DNA of 53,916 nt, filler included, from Circinaria calcarea (GCA_051942165.1; 4 parts of 4 records of this genome joined end to end with filler, not necessarily neighbours in it); one strand, 5' to 3'; shown: positions 25,851 through 40,425, counted from the whole stretch's first letter. A program made the numbers and translations. Notes: generated from the letters alone by a model not told the origin.

Positions 25851-26926
25851 ATTCTGCTGCTCAACAGTCAGTCCAGTACCAACAAAAGTACTTTTGCTGA
25901 CTATTGAATAGGGACAATCGAATTCAAGCGTTTCCTTACATCTGCCCTCGACCAGCGATTTGTCAGGCCTACCGTCAAGCAACAGCCAGTAAATTAGGAC
26001 AACCTTCCTGCCTTCTTCTGAAGACGGAAACCATCCGAGCTCGTTGGCCGTCGAACTGAGTAGTAAGACTCCTTTGGAGACCTTACCAGAACTCTACGTG
26101 CATCATCACTAACGTTGACTCAGCAGTAGTATTTTACTCACACCCCGCATACTCGCCGATTCTAATAGACTTCAGGACAGTGTCTTCCTTTCCGCCAAGT
26201 TATTTGTTTTCGAGTCCAACAACTCCTTTTAATCCCGATAGTCACTGAATTGGGCTAAATTCTTGCACCAATCCTTTGCTCCTTGCACACATACCCAGTA
26301 GACAGTGGATTTCAGCTCTTTCCGAGAAGCTACCTTTTAACAAAATAGCCACGCAAACCCAATTAATCACCTATGGGGATGCCGTTTGAAATGCAAATAA
26401 ATACCCAAGTAATTCAGTAATCATGACATTATACTCACTTTTATATATGAAATCTGTAGTGAAGCAGATGAGAAAGCACCAAAAATAAATAAATCTGGAA
26501 GAGAAACGAGAAGAGGTCTGGCCGTTGGTTAAATGTAGATAAAACTCCGTATAAGGGTTTATAGTCAGATGGGTGCAAAATGCGTATGGCATACCTAGAT
26601 CATATACAGAGTGTTAATTTATAGGAAGGACACTGAAGAGTTAGTGAGAAATAAGGGAGTATTTAGACAACTAGTATTGAAATCAAATTAAAGAGAGGAC
26701 ACACTAAGTCACTAGCGTAGCAGAGCTGTGGTATCATAGGGCTGATCAGTTAAAGCTCGAAAATCAGAACCGGCTCGTAACAAAACATCCAACAATGGTA
26801 CTAATGTCGATCGACTAAAATCTACAAGAGCCTTCATCGCACAGAGCATGGCCGTCCTCCACGCACCCTCTCTACCAGCAATGTCAAACCCAAGCACCCC
26901 CTCGCCCACCCAACCTTCTCCCTCCT

Positions 26927-27026
26927 NNNNNNNNNNNNNNNNNNNNNNNNNNNNNNNNNNNNNNNNNNNNTTAATTAATTAANNNNNNNNNNNNNNNNNN
27001 NNNNNNNNNNNNNNNNNNNNNNNNNN
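26927..27026. other. Artificial contig linker
   Basis: N44-TTAATTAATTAA-N44. Confidence 0.98.
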
Positions 27027-28102
27027 AGTCAGTCTCCATCAGTTCAAGGAACAGGTCAGTGTGGCTTACTTGGCTCATCGCCAGTCCCGTCTGGACCATG
27101 AGCATCTGCTTCTCCTCCTCAGTCGGATAAGGATGCGCCAGGTGATCCGCAAACCAACCTCTGAGTATATCCGTCACTGCTTTGGGCAGATTGCCCCTCC
27201 GTCGCTTATGTTTGCTGTCGTAGTCTCCGGTGGAATCAAAGCTAAGAGGGTATAATGTGTTACCGCTCCCGCTGTTGAATGGGCCTCGCTCCAAGTACTG
27301 CCCCATCGAATAAGGGTAGTCCCGACTGTGCACGTTGCTATAGGACGTACGGTCCGCCTGTAGAGGGGGAGACGAGTCCCGACCGGTGTGAGAATAGGAG
27401 TAACCTAAATCGTGGGAACTTCGAGGCGGAGACAGCTGTTCCCGACGATATGCGCCCGATGATGACCTGGTATCGTTGTTGAATATGGATGGAAGCGTTT
27501 GCTTATTATAGGTAGTACGTTCTGGGGATCCACCTCGAGAGAGACCGTTATAAATCGATACAGGGGGCAAAACCGGACTGTCCTGCCGGAGGGTTGATTG
27601 GCTAGCGACTGAAGCTTCGGAGACATAGCTTGAGCGCCTTTCAAAGTCTTCAGGATTGCCAGAGGAGTCACTGTTACTGCTAGGCTGACCCATGTAATAC
27701 AACGATTCTTGGTGGCTAGGGATGGGGCTATAATCTCTGTGGACTGACGGCGTTCGTGTCGTGTACTGTGATCGACTCTTGCTGTTCAGTAAGGGGGATG
27801 GGGCCAACGAACGTGCCTCGGAAAATTGATTCGAGCCTTTGAGAGGTTCGTGCAGGGTACGAGTATATTGTAATTGCCGATGAGACGCGAGATTGGTTTG
27901 GCGAATTTCAGGAACCGCCTGTACTCATATCATGAATAAAACAGAGGTCCGCGCACATTGGGAATGCTTCAGTACATACCTCCACTAAAGGCGGAAGCCG
28001 ATCTCGATTTCTCTCGGACTCGGATCGCATGACTGCAAGCGAACCCCGGGACATCTGGCTCCCACGAGAATTATGCGAGCTCCAGTACTCCATGCCGGCC
28101 AT
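27027..28102 (-). CDS. TALE (KN-type) homeobox transcription factor, 3'-truncated; intron 27979-27919 and a further intron starting at 27069
   Basis: KRRRGNLPKAVTDILRGWFADHLAHPYPTEEEKQMLMVQTGL (PYP TALE loop, Cup9/Tos8-like). The upstream exon MAGMEYW..LPPLVE splices in frame. Confidence 0.9.
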
Positions 28103-31100
28103 CAAGGCCCCCTGTGCTTCTATGAGACGGCTTTGGTGTTCAGCAGCAAGCTAGTACTAGATATATTAGTTTGGAATCGCCAGTCCAGAAAGGAGAACCT
28201 GACTTACTTCTACTTGCGCTCGATGGCGGAAGGAGTCTTTGACTCTTGTTCCAAGGCAAATCTGTAGCGGATGATCTGTAAGGTCAATGGTGAGGTGGCT
28301 ATTCTATGGAACAAGGTTCCCAAAAGCACTGCCAAAACCACAATCTATACCCGAACAATCCCAGTACAGGTTTGTTGCAGCGTGTGCCTCTTAGGGAACA
28401 GTCTTCTTCTGTACAAACTCGACTTGTGGATAGAAAGCAACCCAAAGGAGACTGGGTCTAAATGTACGTAAGAGGACAAATGTGAAACTCGATGACCATG
28501 TCCTCCACTTGGTATTATTAGGCGCGTTACCGTGAGGTGGTATCATGTACGCTTACTCCCACGCTCTGATAGGAGACGATGTTCATACAATACACACAGT
28601 CACTTGATGGTGATGTCTGTCGTTCCCCTATAAATCCGCACAGGCATGGCTGGAGCGGATATATATATGATGATGAGTATGGGATGGCCCGTCAGCGTTG
28701 GCTCCGGTGTCCACAACCGAGGAAGGAAAAGCTACTTCCTAATCGAGGGTTGAGAAGGTGCAACTAGGGAATCGTACCAGGGATATACTTACTAGGTCTG
28801 CGCCCACCACTGGCCAAAGCGAGCTTAATCTGACAGGTGATTTTTACCACGGAACCACAAATCTCGTGGAGGGCGCCGCCGGCAGCTGGATTGCTAGGGA
28901 GGCTAGTGGGTCCTGCGTGGTGACCCCGATGGATGACGAATAAACAGTCGGCAGAGACCGAACCAAGCCGTTGCTAGCACACCCTTCTCAAAGGGTCGAT
29001 CGACAAGGGGGTTGTTATGATATCAGATTTTCGGCTGATCAATATCCTGACTTGTACAAACCACCCCGTAGGCTTGTTCTCTCCCTGTAAAACTCTCGTT
29101 TCAGTCTTGGAGACAGAAGTCCCTCTCAGCAGGTTTAGGCTCCCGAACAAACAAGTCCGAAGGGGCCGAGTCGGTAGGTGGGAGATCGGCCAGTGATTCA
29201 GCTAGTATAGCACACACGAGAATGAGAACAATTGGCAGGTGCCGGGTGAATGTACGGTCTGCGATTTGACATGTGCGGACTATGGTGTGCCTTTGGGGCC
29301 GGTCAAACGCCACGGGCTGGTGAGTGATGACCTCTGACAGAATTTGCAGAGTGGGCGAGGGAAGGAGAATGGATGTCCCACACACCAGCAGCCACAGGCG
29401 GTGAGGAAGAAGGAAAGATGGGGAAGAGGTGAGACGGCAGTGCGAAATGTCAAAGCTGATTCAGGGATGGTCCGGGTAAGGTTTGGGATTCGGGACTCAG
29501 TAGGTTTCTTTGGCGGTGCCGACTGATAGGCGGATCATCCAGTGGTCCTGAGAATCCAGTCTTGGGCCCTGGGTCTGTCCGCCATAGGAACGAAGCCAAT
29601 AGGCCCGACGCCCTGGGGGAGGAGGCGGGAGAGGGAGAGAGAAAGAGGCTGAAGTGGGCGTGGCAGGCGAATGGATGTCAACGCTCCCGGGGGGGATTCG
29701 TGGGCCTAAAGCGTCCATCTGACCGGAGATGCTCTAGCGGAGATGGAGGGCTAGCGAGAGGGAAAGGGAAAGGGAAGATAAAGAAAGCCGCGTACGCTTA
29801 CGCATACCTGGACCGGTGGTGATGGCCATACTGGTCCGTCCAGTGGGATTGTGGCCCATCCTCACTGGTCACTGGCTGGCCCTGTGTGTGTTGCCCCCCG
29901 AGAAGCGCCTTGGGGCCGATCGGTGTGGCACCTCGGATCCAAGACAAGCCTTGCCCTAGCAGTCGTCTGGCCTGCCCTTGACCCGCCCAATTCTTTCGCC
30001 CGGGTCACCCCACAGATCAGCCTTCCAAGCTAACTGGGCCGCCCTAACCGCTTTGATCGGTCCGACCAAAGCTGCATTCGCAGATTCCGTACCCCTACAC
30101 CCCGGATCTCGGTAACGATGCGGCTGAAGGAAGACCCGTACATATGTAAGGTCGGAGTAGGTAAGCAAAGTATGGAAAAGTGCCCATGGCTACGACGAGC
30201 TATTAGACACTGGATGCGCGCATTGCTCTCCGGGCCTGCCATGTGCGAGGACCTGGTCTTCACCTTTGCCCATGGCCCCCCGTCTTGCCTGTGCCATTGC
30301 CTTTGCCTTGCCTAGTGTCGCACCGCCCTCCGCCCACCTTACACATTACACATCACATCGAATCACGGGCACGTCACCTCGAAAATCTTCCTATGCTCCG
30401 CATTCGTACAGGATCGAGGCATCGGAGGGCTCTGGGCTGCGCACTTGAAGAATAGTGGCTATCGGGAGATCGACCGGAAGGAACATCGGCCCTGGTGTCA
30501 ATGCAACGTTTAGGCCCCAGGGTGGAGCCAGAAGAGCGCAGAGCGTCCAAAGATGCAAAGGACTCGATCCCCTTGCGGCCGTCAAGGCATCCTGCATCAT
30601 CGCACACTTGCAATGGGCAAGGTGCGATGGCTTGCCGCCGCGTTCGTTTTCAGACATCGAGACCCGGGAAATCCCCCTTGCAGAGCCTTCCTCAAGGCGA
30701 CATGCATAAGGCCCAAGAGATTGGCGATGCTGGGACCTGGTATAGAGCCCGATTCATCGGTCCAGCACGTCTCCAGCAAGCCGTCAACCATGGTCCTTTC
30801 CGTCTGATAGACGGGCATACGAGGATGGCGTCGCCAAAGATACCCTGTCCACGCCTGGCTATCATATCTAACCATCGTAGCGGCCATCCTTTCGCATTCG
30901 CTACCAGATGATGCTGGTTAAGCGTTTTCGTGGCCGGACGAGAAGCAAGCCACGCCTTTCGCCCACCCTCTCGTTACGGTGCGACAAACAACCTGCGGGA
31001 CGGTGGAGGCATCCATTTGGGCCTGATTTGGTCATTGGCACAAGAACAGGTGGATGCGGACCTTTGAGAGGTGCCGCCTGAGGGTTTCACGGGAATAAAA

Positions 31101-31948
31101 GATGGGTCACGTCTCTATGTAGGCCCCTGCAACGCTAACAAGATCGTTTCCTGTCCAGTCGCTTCGGCGAGTATGTGTGTCTACGGGCCGTAGGCTTATC
31201 TTACTATGGAAAGCTCCACGTTTTATTTTCTGATTAATTATCAGATCTACTTGTATGCCCCCGTCGATGCATCCGTTTCCCTGCCGTGCGACCCCAAGCC
31301 GATCTGTATCGGGTTTTGCAAGGGGGCGGAACCCACCAACCAGGACCGCTACTCCTCCCCCTGGCCAAGCATCGCGAAAGAGGTTGACTGTGACACCATC
31401 CAGAAAAGTGTACGCGGGAATCGTTGTTGGGTAAATGATTTCCCCCGTGCGCAATTGGATTGGGAGAGATTGACTTGACGTCTGGATTACTATTGGATCT
31501 GGTCGATGCGTAGAGATCTCCATAGGTACTAATCTGCAACGAGACAGGTGCGCTCCTGGCGTTGACGCATTTAGCGCCAATCGCTTGGGATCCTTGCTCC
31601 GCCCGAGCATGTGCGAAAATCCAAACGGCTTCAAGGACTGCCAGCAGCGGCCGGAGTACTGCGGACTTTTCGGACTCTCACACGGATTACAGTCGACCGA
31701 AGATGGCTTGCTCACTCGACCCTTCGGATCTGATTGACGAGGATGACATGATGGCGGCTCGACTGGCAAATGCTTGCTCTCCCACCCGCAAAAAGTCCCA
31801 CGGCAGGACGGTTCGGTCTTGATTGGATGCTTAAACAGGACATGCGAAATGGCTTGCATGTTGACAGGACGCTACATATCCGGGCCGTTACCTTATTGAA
31901 CACAAGCGCAGCCTCGTCCTGATCCCCACCCCCGACCAATCTCCCACA

Positions 31949-31971
31949 CTCTCTCTCTCTCTCTCTCTCTC
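31949..31971 (+). repeat. (CT)n microsatellite
   Basis: About 11 CT units. Confidence 0.9.
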
Positions 31972-33715
31972 AATCGATCCGCCCCTTGAACGGGGGACCT
32001 AGTCGATCTCGGCTTGGTGCGCGGGACTCATGAACCATTGGAGGCGGACTAGTCTTATGACAAATACCTTCTCTTCGCCCGCTTCCGGACCTGGAAGTGG
32101 TGAGCTCATGAATCATGACGCCTGATAGGATTAGAGCTGAGACTGGCCTAGGTTAGCTTGCAGGTGCGTGCTGGAAGCCCATGCCGTCGGGTTATCCTGC
32201 TCAATCATCTTCTCCCTGTCCGGACGCAGCACCAGCGATCGGTATCACCATGGTCGTACCCGCCTCACGAGGAACGTGGTATCTGATGTTGACAGGCCAA
32301 TTGGATCATGAGCTGCGTGATCCCCACAACTTCAGGAAATGAAAAACCAGGTTCGCTTTCAGGTCGCTCCTCTCGGCCGGGATCACCTAATGCAGTTATC
32401 CTTGCTCCAAATCCTTGGAAGACGCAGAGAAGCTGAGAACCTCGAGAGCTCCCAGCTAACTTTCTCTATTCTAAGCTCGCTGCATGAGTCGCTACCATCG
32501 ATTGTCCCTCGCAGTCCCCGGTTTGGGAGCTTTCGATGACTGCATTGCCGAGCACCCCTTACCATGGCTCGTATTCCGGAACAACCCATTCAAATCTCCG
32601 TCGGTGCGCTTGAAGTAGCATCGTCGGAAACGCCTTTCGCATGCAATTACCAACATCTGACAAAGACCTCGTGCCACCTGATGGTCCACAAGTCGACGTT
32701 AGACCTCGCTGGTCCGTTCTCAGCCGGCAGCGGCTGGCGCATAGAACACGGGAAAAGACACAAGTCTCTGTGCCGCCGAGTAAATTCCTTTTTCTCCTGT
32801 ATAATCAGCCATGGGATGCCTCCAATACATACGTCGAGGTCGAGGTCGCAGTTGCATCCCGCCAAGCATCGCGATGACCTTGGTGCTAGGGTCCTTATCT
32901 ATACGAGCTGTAGAACGGAGCAAGACTCTTCGCCGATAAAGGTGACTGTACCGGGGAAGCGCCACTTCCACATGGCGGACTCTGCCTTTTGCTCTGCCGC
33001 CTCGACTTTGGAGATTGCACTACCGGGAAGCTCAACTACCGGCCTTCATCGAGCGATCGGATTCTGGAGTGTCTAGACCGTCACGATGGCAGAGGCGTAT
33101 AGAGACCGAACGTAAATGACGATGTCATGTAGGATATACTAAATCGACGGCATACGATACGTGATAGCGGAATGGCCGTAGATGTAATCACAAACATCGG
33201 GAGCCTGTTATGAAATGGAGTTACGACGACGAGAATGCACGGCCTCTCTCCGGCATTTGAAGAGGTCTCTAGAGTACTGGAAGCAGAGTATATCTCTGGT
33301 AAAGCCGGGTGCTCTCCTGGAAGTTGTGCCTAAAATGGTCTTGACCTTCTAAGTGCAGAGACTGTTTCGGCGAATTACTGGCTGTCGCCCGCCTCAGAAT
33401 CTTGAAGGTGCGAACAAACCTGCAGAAAACGTGATATTCATCATGTTGTGCCCGTGCAAAAGACACGGCTCCTGCCTTACTCTTACTATCTCTACTGTGG
33501 TTTGACGCTGTATGGAGATTGTGGGACCAAAACTTGCCTCCGAGCACTAGGCATCAGGATAATCGAGATTTCAGGCAGCCGCATAAGCAACACTTCTGTA
33601 ATCTATTCAGCTACACTCACTATAACCTCACTATCTAACACACGTCTAATGTGGCATATTTCTTAATTGGTATTTGACAGTTTTGGCAATACGTCGCAAT
33701 CTTTGGTCATCGAAG

Positions 33716-36700
33716 ATGGAGACGCTGAGAGGAAGTCCCATCCTCCCTCGGCGACTGACCAAACTTTTTGCAGACACCAAGAAGTCGTATGAAAATGTCA
33801 TCCAAACCAAACATGAAGAAGGACCCGAGCTATCCTCCCTTCATCGGGAATTGCGCACCCAAAAAGATAGGCTTCTGGCGTGGGGCCTGGGATGGAGCGA
33901 TCAAGCTCAGACTGGGGATATTGATGGATCTCTGGATCGTGCCGGCGTCAGTGACCTGGTGGCCAGTCTAATGTCTTCCATAAGAAAACTGTTCGATGAA
34001 GCAGCAGAACTCCAATCGCCCAAGAACATTGACCGCTCATTGTCGTACTGTGATATTAAGGCTCCGGGCAAGTCAGCCCCTGCTTCCCTTTCTCCCGCCG
34101 ATAGTTCGAATCGCCTGAAACAAATCTTAAAGGATTTAATTGCATCAATCGATACCCTCTGCGATATATCACAGCCTCGGGTCGAGGGCTGGGAGAAGAA
34201 GGCTACACACTTGGTCAACTTCGGTGTGGATAGTAACAGAACACCCAGCTTCGTGGACCCAGCAGACCTCACCGCTGACGACCTCCCCCCTGCGAAGGTC
34301 GACATTCAAGGCGAACAGACCCCTATGTCGCGGCACGGTGATTCAATAGTATATACCCAGATCGCACCTAGTTGCATTATCCAGAAACAAGCAATATATA
34401 GTGGATCGGCACCTTTGCCACCGTCCTACGAGTTCGTAGCAGCAGGATTTGAACACCGCATACTCGCATGCCTAATGCAATCTCAAGAGTGCGCCAAAAC
34501 AGGGGAAATACCGTCACCTAACTCTAGAGAAGTCCCGGTTCTTCTTGATTATGGCTTGCCTTTCGCATATGAGGCGCCGGTTATCCTTAGGGAAGGCGCG
34601 GTCAGATACGAAGAGTTATATTTGAAGCTAAGACAGCTTGCCTTCGACGCCAACGGCGCTTACTCTGGTATTCTCCCTCTACGGGGATGGTCCCTGGACC
34701 CTGACAAATCGAGATGTGCCTTTGTTTATGATGTACCTACCGGGCAGGACAGTCCTAGTCCAGCAATGCAGCACCGGAGTCTTCTATCTTTCCTACAAAA
34801 TGGCGCCGATGCAGACGGTGCCAACATGCCAGACTTGGAAAATAGATACCGGCTTGCATTCAATATAGCTTCGAGTCTCAAGCGCCTCCACGCCTCGGGT
34901 TTAAGTCACGGAAGTGTCAATAGCAACAATGTCGTTTTCTTCGTTGACAGCAACGAAACCACCGTCAAGGAGAAACCATGGAAGGGGCCAGTTCTTCGAA
35001 AATCGTACCTCACGGGTTATCGTCAAAGTGCACCCAAAGCTCCCAAGCCCGGACGCGAAACCTCTTTCGATGACATATACCATCATCCGAACGTTGGTAA
35101 TGGAGGAATTTATCCCTATACATCAGCTCATGATTACTATAGCCTTGGGTTGATCTTATTAGAAATCGGCTTGTGGATGCCGATAGGTAAATTCTGGAAA
35201 CCCAAATATACACGAGCCGATTTCAAGCACAGACTTCAGAATATCTATTTGAGGAAACTCTCTGCCAAATGTGGCAGTCAGTACATGCGTGCAGCGTTAT
35301 ATTGCATGGAGGCTGCCGATGATGCTTTAAAAGGGGCTGATTCAACAGGTCATCAAGCCCTTGAGACCTTTATGTCAACAGTGCTCAAGCCCTTGGAACG
35401 ATGTTGCATGATTGAAGACGATCAAGATGAAGTTCCCGCAACAGGGAGTACATTACGATCTCCCAAACAAAGTGATCCTCCAATGTCAACCAGTTCTACC
35501 GTATCCCCGCCGTCGAGTACACAACGAGACAATGACGGAGAACGATCAGAGCATCAACTACTGTCAACCATACCAGAACCTGTCGTCAATGGCTTGAAGC
35601 AAGGAGAATCCGGCCCGAAGCAGATGGTTAGGCCTGAGAGGAAAATAAGGAGACCGCCTGCGTCAAAAGGTAAGATTAAGGTATGGTCTCACGAACTACC
35701 ATCTCTTTACACAAAGTATTGGACCTCTACCATGTGCCCAAGGTTAGAGCGTATATTAAGTAAGGCCATCAGCCGCTGGGAGTCTTATACCATCGATCTC
35801 TTTATGGCGGGGAAAGAGGCGGATTCAGCAAGACCGACAATCTACTTGGAATGCACAAGTACCGCAAAAGTTCGAAAGATATTGCGGCATCTCAACAAAG
35901 ACTTGCGGTTGTTTGACATCCAGGTGGTCTCCGGGTCCATCGTGAGGTCGGCTGGAAAAAAGAAACGAAAAAACGCTCAGAAGTGTATTTCAAAATCATC
36001 TCCAGGGAGAGACAAAGCGGATGTTTCGATGGATCTGCAACGGCTAAATCCCTACTATCAGCAGATACCTTCTTGTGGAAGTTCTATTGGAGCGTGTAGC
36101 AATGGGAAGCACCTCCCACCGGTAACTTTTGGCGGTGCTGTTCTAGTCAATGGTGAAACTTATGGTATGAGTGTACACCACATGCTGGAAGATGACGATG
36201 AGCTTGAGCTTGGCTTGGGAGAAAAACTCGACCTTCAACGCTCCATGGCGCCTGTTCAATCTTGCTTTCGGTTTGACAGGCTAAGAGTACACGAATCAAC
36301 AGACCTTCAGGATCTGTCTCGAGGATTATCTTCCGTTGACAACGGCTCCAATGGAGAGGCTAATGGAGATGACGACAAAGACCTCGAAGACGAGTGTGAA
36401 AAATCCGAGTGTTCCGACAATGGAGAACCTCACTATACGTTTTCACCCCAAGCTCTATATCCATTTGAAATCTCAGAGGATGAAGAAGACTTAGAAGAGA
36501 GCTTAGCTGATGAGGACGATTTCTGGCTTTCTGCTGATATCGAAAGCCAGTCGCAAATATCAAATGGTGATGCGGATAGCGATGACGATGTGGAATTAGG
36601 AGACACCCCTGGTATCGACGCTGGTTGTGGTAAACATTTGGCTGTGACCCAACCGGCAATAGATGACGTGCATCGAGAGTTCTTTTCCACGTTTGAAGGT

Positions 36701-37785
36701 ATGGATGAGGAGCACCTATCCGCACACCATCTGGGTCACGTCCATGCTTCATCTGGCATCAAACGTTCAAGGCAAAATGATATCATCCATGAGGTCGACT
36801 GGGCTCTGATCAAGGTCAACGAAAGCCGGATGCAACCCCGTAACATTGTGCAGGGTGGAGGTCGTTACTGTAAATTAACGAACGCCGCAGCCGAGGCTGC
36901 CACCACACCGATTCAAGGTCGCCAAAAGCCCTCGGCCATTGATTCGTACCCCTGCAACGTCACGAGCTCGAAAGAGCTCGGTGGTCTACAGGTACATGCA
37001 TTTGGTCGAACGAGCGGACTTCAGACTGGCATCATCCTGCCTGCTATGCGGATGGTGCGCATGCCCGGTAGGACTTTTGCCTCCCATAGTTGGCATGTTA
37101 GAGGCAATTTTGGAGGTAAGACAACCTGATATCTCACAGCGCATGTCTATTGTCTACGTATGCCATTCTCTGTCTATTCCCGATATTATTTCTGTTTTCC
37201 TTGTTCTTAGGTAGCCAATTGATGAGATCTTGACCAGCCCTTGCGTGCTGAAGCTGACAGTTTATCCTTACAGAAGGCGGTGACTCTGGCGCCTGGGTCA
37301 TCGACAACTCAACAGGCCATGTCTGTGGCCACGTTCTAGCTTATTCATCAAAGAGCAATGTCGCATATATTGCGCCCATGGAGGTTCTTCTGAAGGATAT
37401 GGCCAAGACGCTTAGTGCCGAGATAAGCTTGCCTCTCCCTCACGCTAGCCCGGACGTATATGACCACATCGACAATCGATCAGCATCGCAGCAAGAGAAG
37501 GAGATGGTGGGTATTCAACTAGAAGGCGGCATCGGGGCGGAGGATAATCTAGCCGAGGTTTCGCGGCCGACGCCGGAACCACCTTCATCGCCTCCGCTGC
37601 CAACTTCTCCTCCCATTCTTATCCATGAACTCAGCCGACTCAATCTCAAAGACATGACAGAATCCAATTCTCCTCTAGATAGAACACTCCCAGATCGCGT
37701 CGATGCAGCCGCGACGTGCCGGTCGAAAGGTAGAACCACAGGTGAGCTAGGAGAGTGTGCCGGGAGGGTTCGAGCGAAATGTTAG
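33716..37785 (+). CDS. HeLo-like domain + kinase-like (pseudokinase) domain + trypsin-like serine protease; exons 33716-37115, 37274-37785
   Basis: N-terminal LRTQKDRLLAWG (HeLo-like). Kinase C-lobe RYRLAFNIASSLKRLH..HGSVNSNN..IYHHP..DYYSLGLILLEIGLW. Protease motifs TFGG..GMSVHH, EVDWALI, GRTSG, and GDSGAWV created by splicing. Confidence 0.85.
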
Positions 37786-37846
37786 ATATGAACTCTCAGC
37801 ATAGCTGATCTGCCACGGTGCTTCTTTTGGACTTGACGTTCATGGG

Positions 37847-38540
37847 CTAGGTAATGGTCCCCTCTCCGACTTCCCTAACTCCATCATAGAATGTGAACCT
37901 TGCCGTTCCGAAATAGTTGCGCTCCATTGCCGAAAACACTGCCCTCAACGCATCCCTCATGACATCCCACGATGCATATTGTTCATTGGTGTTCCATATA
38001 TTTATGATGAGATTACTGAAGTCCCAACGAAAACGCCTTTCGACCGCCGGTGCTTCACCGCCAGCAGCCTTGATGTGATCCTCAATAGTTGAGACTGCCT
38101 CACTGAGCAGAAGGGGGACACGAAAACCTGGAATATGAGACGTCAAGGTTAAGGTTATATAAACGGGACTGCCTCGAACCCAGGAACATATCTGGTTCGT
38201 CGATGCCCGAGCATCAAGGCTGTTTCTTCCTTTGGGTTCGAGGGTTTCGCCAGAATTGCGGTCAGAACCTCGTATCCGAGTATTACTATGGGCATCAAAT
38301 CAGTAACATGGTATATATCAGTGTCCCAAGACACCTGATACTGCTTTACGAGCAGATGTCTCCGACTGACCTCCCGACCACCACTACTCTTCCATTAATA
38401 CAGTGTGCTCGTGGGATATTCGTAGCTCTCTCCCTTGTTGTGGCCGACACACCATCAACGACTGGCAATGGCGAGCAGAGAACTGAACATCGACCCAAGA
38501 ACAAAGCCATGAGCCCCAATGAACCGAGAATGGGGCGCAT
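37847..38540 (-). CDS. Secreted hypothetical protein; exons 38540-38350, 38285-37847
   Basis: Signal-like MRPILGSLGLMALFLG. A 64-nt GT..CTGAT..TAG intron joins in frame to ..SWDVMRDALRAVFSAM..FGTARFTFYDGVREVGEGTIT. Confidence 0.7.
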
Positions 38541-39450
38541 TGCCCGAAGCTTAGGCAAATAAAAGGCTGGGAAACTGTCGAATGCTCATCTGGAGAGGTT
38601 TTTTGGCGCTGTTCCGGGTCTTACAATAGGTGATGATTTGTTCCTGGAAGATGAAGAGGAGTGTATCGCAGAATGATTGTCGGTCATGTCAACATTATTT
38701 ATCCTTCCTCGTGGCCCACGGGCTTGTTTGTTCCCAAGCATGTTAATCTTGATGTCAGAGTTGTGCAATCGGTCAGAAATGCGCTTGTATCGGCAGCAGT
38801 TTCAAAAAGCCCCAATATTCCCGCGCCGGTACTGTGCTTCCAAATATCCGTAGCTTTCCTGGATGATCACTATACTTCTATTAGCGCATCTTCCGACGGG
38901 ACCTTTTCTCCGCTTAGATTACCCGTTTGACGTATATTCACTTGGTTACCCCGTTTGGCCTCTTGTTCGATGACCTCAGTGCTTTTCCTGTCTTTGGAGA
39001 CGGTAGGAATATTGTGAGAGAAAGTTTCAGTGTTTGGGGGAAGAAGTAAGGGGGAAGATTGGTATTCGTTGTCTGAGAGAGCAGCTTGGGGGTATCTCGG
39101 AACACTACTACGAAGCAGGAATACTGTCCTTCGTTAGTATACAAGGTCAAGTAGACTCTTGTCAATTTGCAGAGTTGTTTTACCGGTCCTATTCTACAGG
39201 ATATGACGCTAGGTCCGAAGACGAAGCACGTTTCTTGATTTAAACTACCGATACACCATCCTATCGCCATCCTTTCCAGTATCATCGAGAGCTTCTCCAC
39301 CGCCCTGACGCCTTGCCTTTCGCACAGCGGGCCAGCATCAAAAATACTCTCGAGGTAGGCTGGAAAGTTTGTTTATCTGGCAACGCTCCAGGGCCCATTA
39401 TAACTGTAAACGAGACTGCCACCCGACGCTCGTGTAGAGGATCCGTTCCC

Positions 39451-39498
39451 GGCAAGCAAAGACCCTAGAGGCAAGCAAAGACCCTAGAAGCAAGCAAA
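39451..39498 (+). repeat. 19-bp tandem repeat (GGCAAGCAAAGACCCTAGA) x2.5
   Basis: Read directly from the sequence. Confidence 0.85.
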
Positions 39499-40315
39499 CA
39501 TGAGCGTTCTCCGCTTTGCAACTATAGCATAGGAAGAAATTGTCTACCAAATCTCCGCACATCGAAAAGTCCAATCAAGAACCAACCCCCGGTCTCCACA
39601 TCACATTCTTTCTCCATACACCGGAGCCAGAAAAAAGAAAGAAGAAAAAAAAGAACCGCTCCGAGAAATCCAGGCAGCCGGCATGCCAAGACTTTCCAAC
39701 CAGTCTGCCCCTCCCTCTCCCCGACTTTCAAGAATATCACTCATGGAAAATCACGGCACATTTCCCAGGACCCTCCCGGCTTCGCCAGTTCCACCCTTCC
39801 TCCGTCCAGCCGTGCAAGAAATCGCATACTCGGTATTCCTCCGGCCACACAGCCGTCACGGGCAGTTCCCACATACGCCCTCCGCTTCTCGGACCGGAAA
39901 GGCTTTCCATTTACTAACAACTGATGATTTCACGGGTCGATTTGGTCTCTAGGACAAACGAGAACGGGCGGTTTTTGGGGGTCACGGATATTCCGCAACT
40001 CGCCTTTTCTCGGCTCTACAGAGCCTTCAAATTTTCGTCTCGGATGGGGGGGGGGCGGGTTTTAGAAAAAGGCGTAGCTGTGTGGATAACATACCTACAC
40101 TTGTTAGCCTTTATTTCCCCCCTTTTTCCCCTTCTCTTTTTCTCGGGTCTGAATAATATACCTAGCCTAGACTAGTTTAAACCCAAAGTTATAGATAAAC
40201 CTACAGTCCGTCAGTTTAGGCGCAAATCTTTTACATGCCCACCCCACCGTATATACACATACACATATAGATACAGCTATCCTGCTTCGATACGATACAA
40301 TACGCGATATCAAGT

Positions 40316-40425
40316 AGCAGAGCAGAGCAAAGCAAAGCAGAGCAGAGCAGAAGTATAGCAACGTTACCGTACCGTAGCCATTTCCCCTTCCCTTCCCTTC
40401 CCTTACCTTCCCTTCCCTTCCCTTC
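40316..40425 (+). repeat. Pentanucleotide microsatellites (AGCAG)n and (CCCTT)n at contig end
   Basis: Read directly; likely the cause of the assembly break. Confidence 0.85.

Noticed and set aside
28200..33600. Many overlapping short ORFs, including the 250-aa ORF at 31107-31859
   Set aside because: No motifs and GC-rich; best explained as the long regulatory region between the homeobox and HeLo genes.
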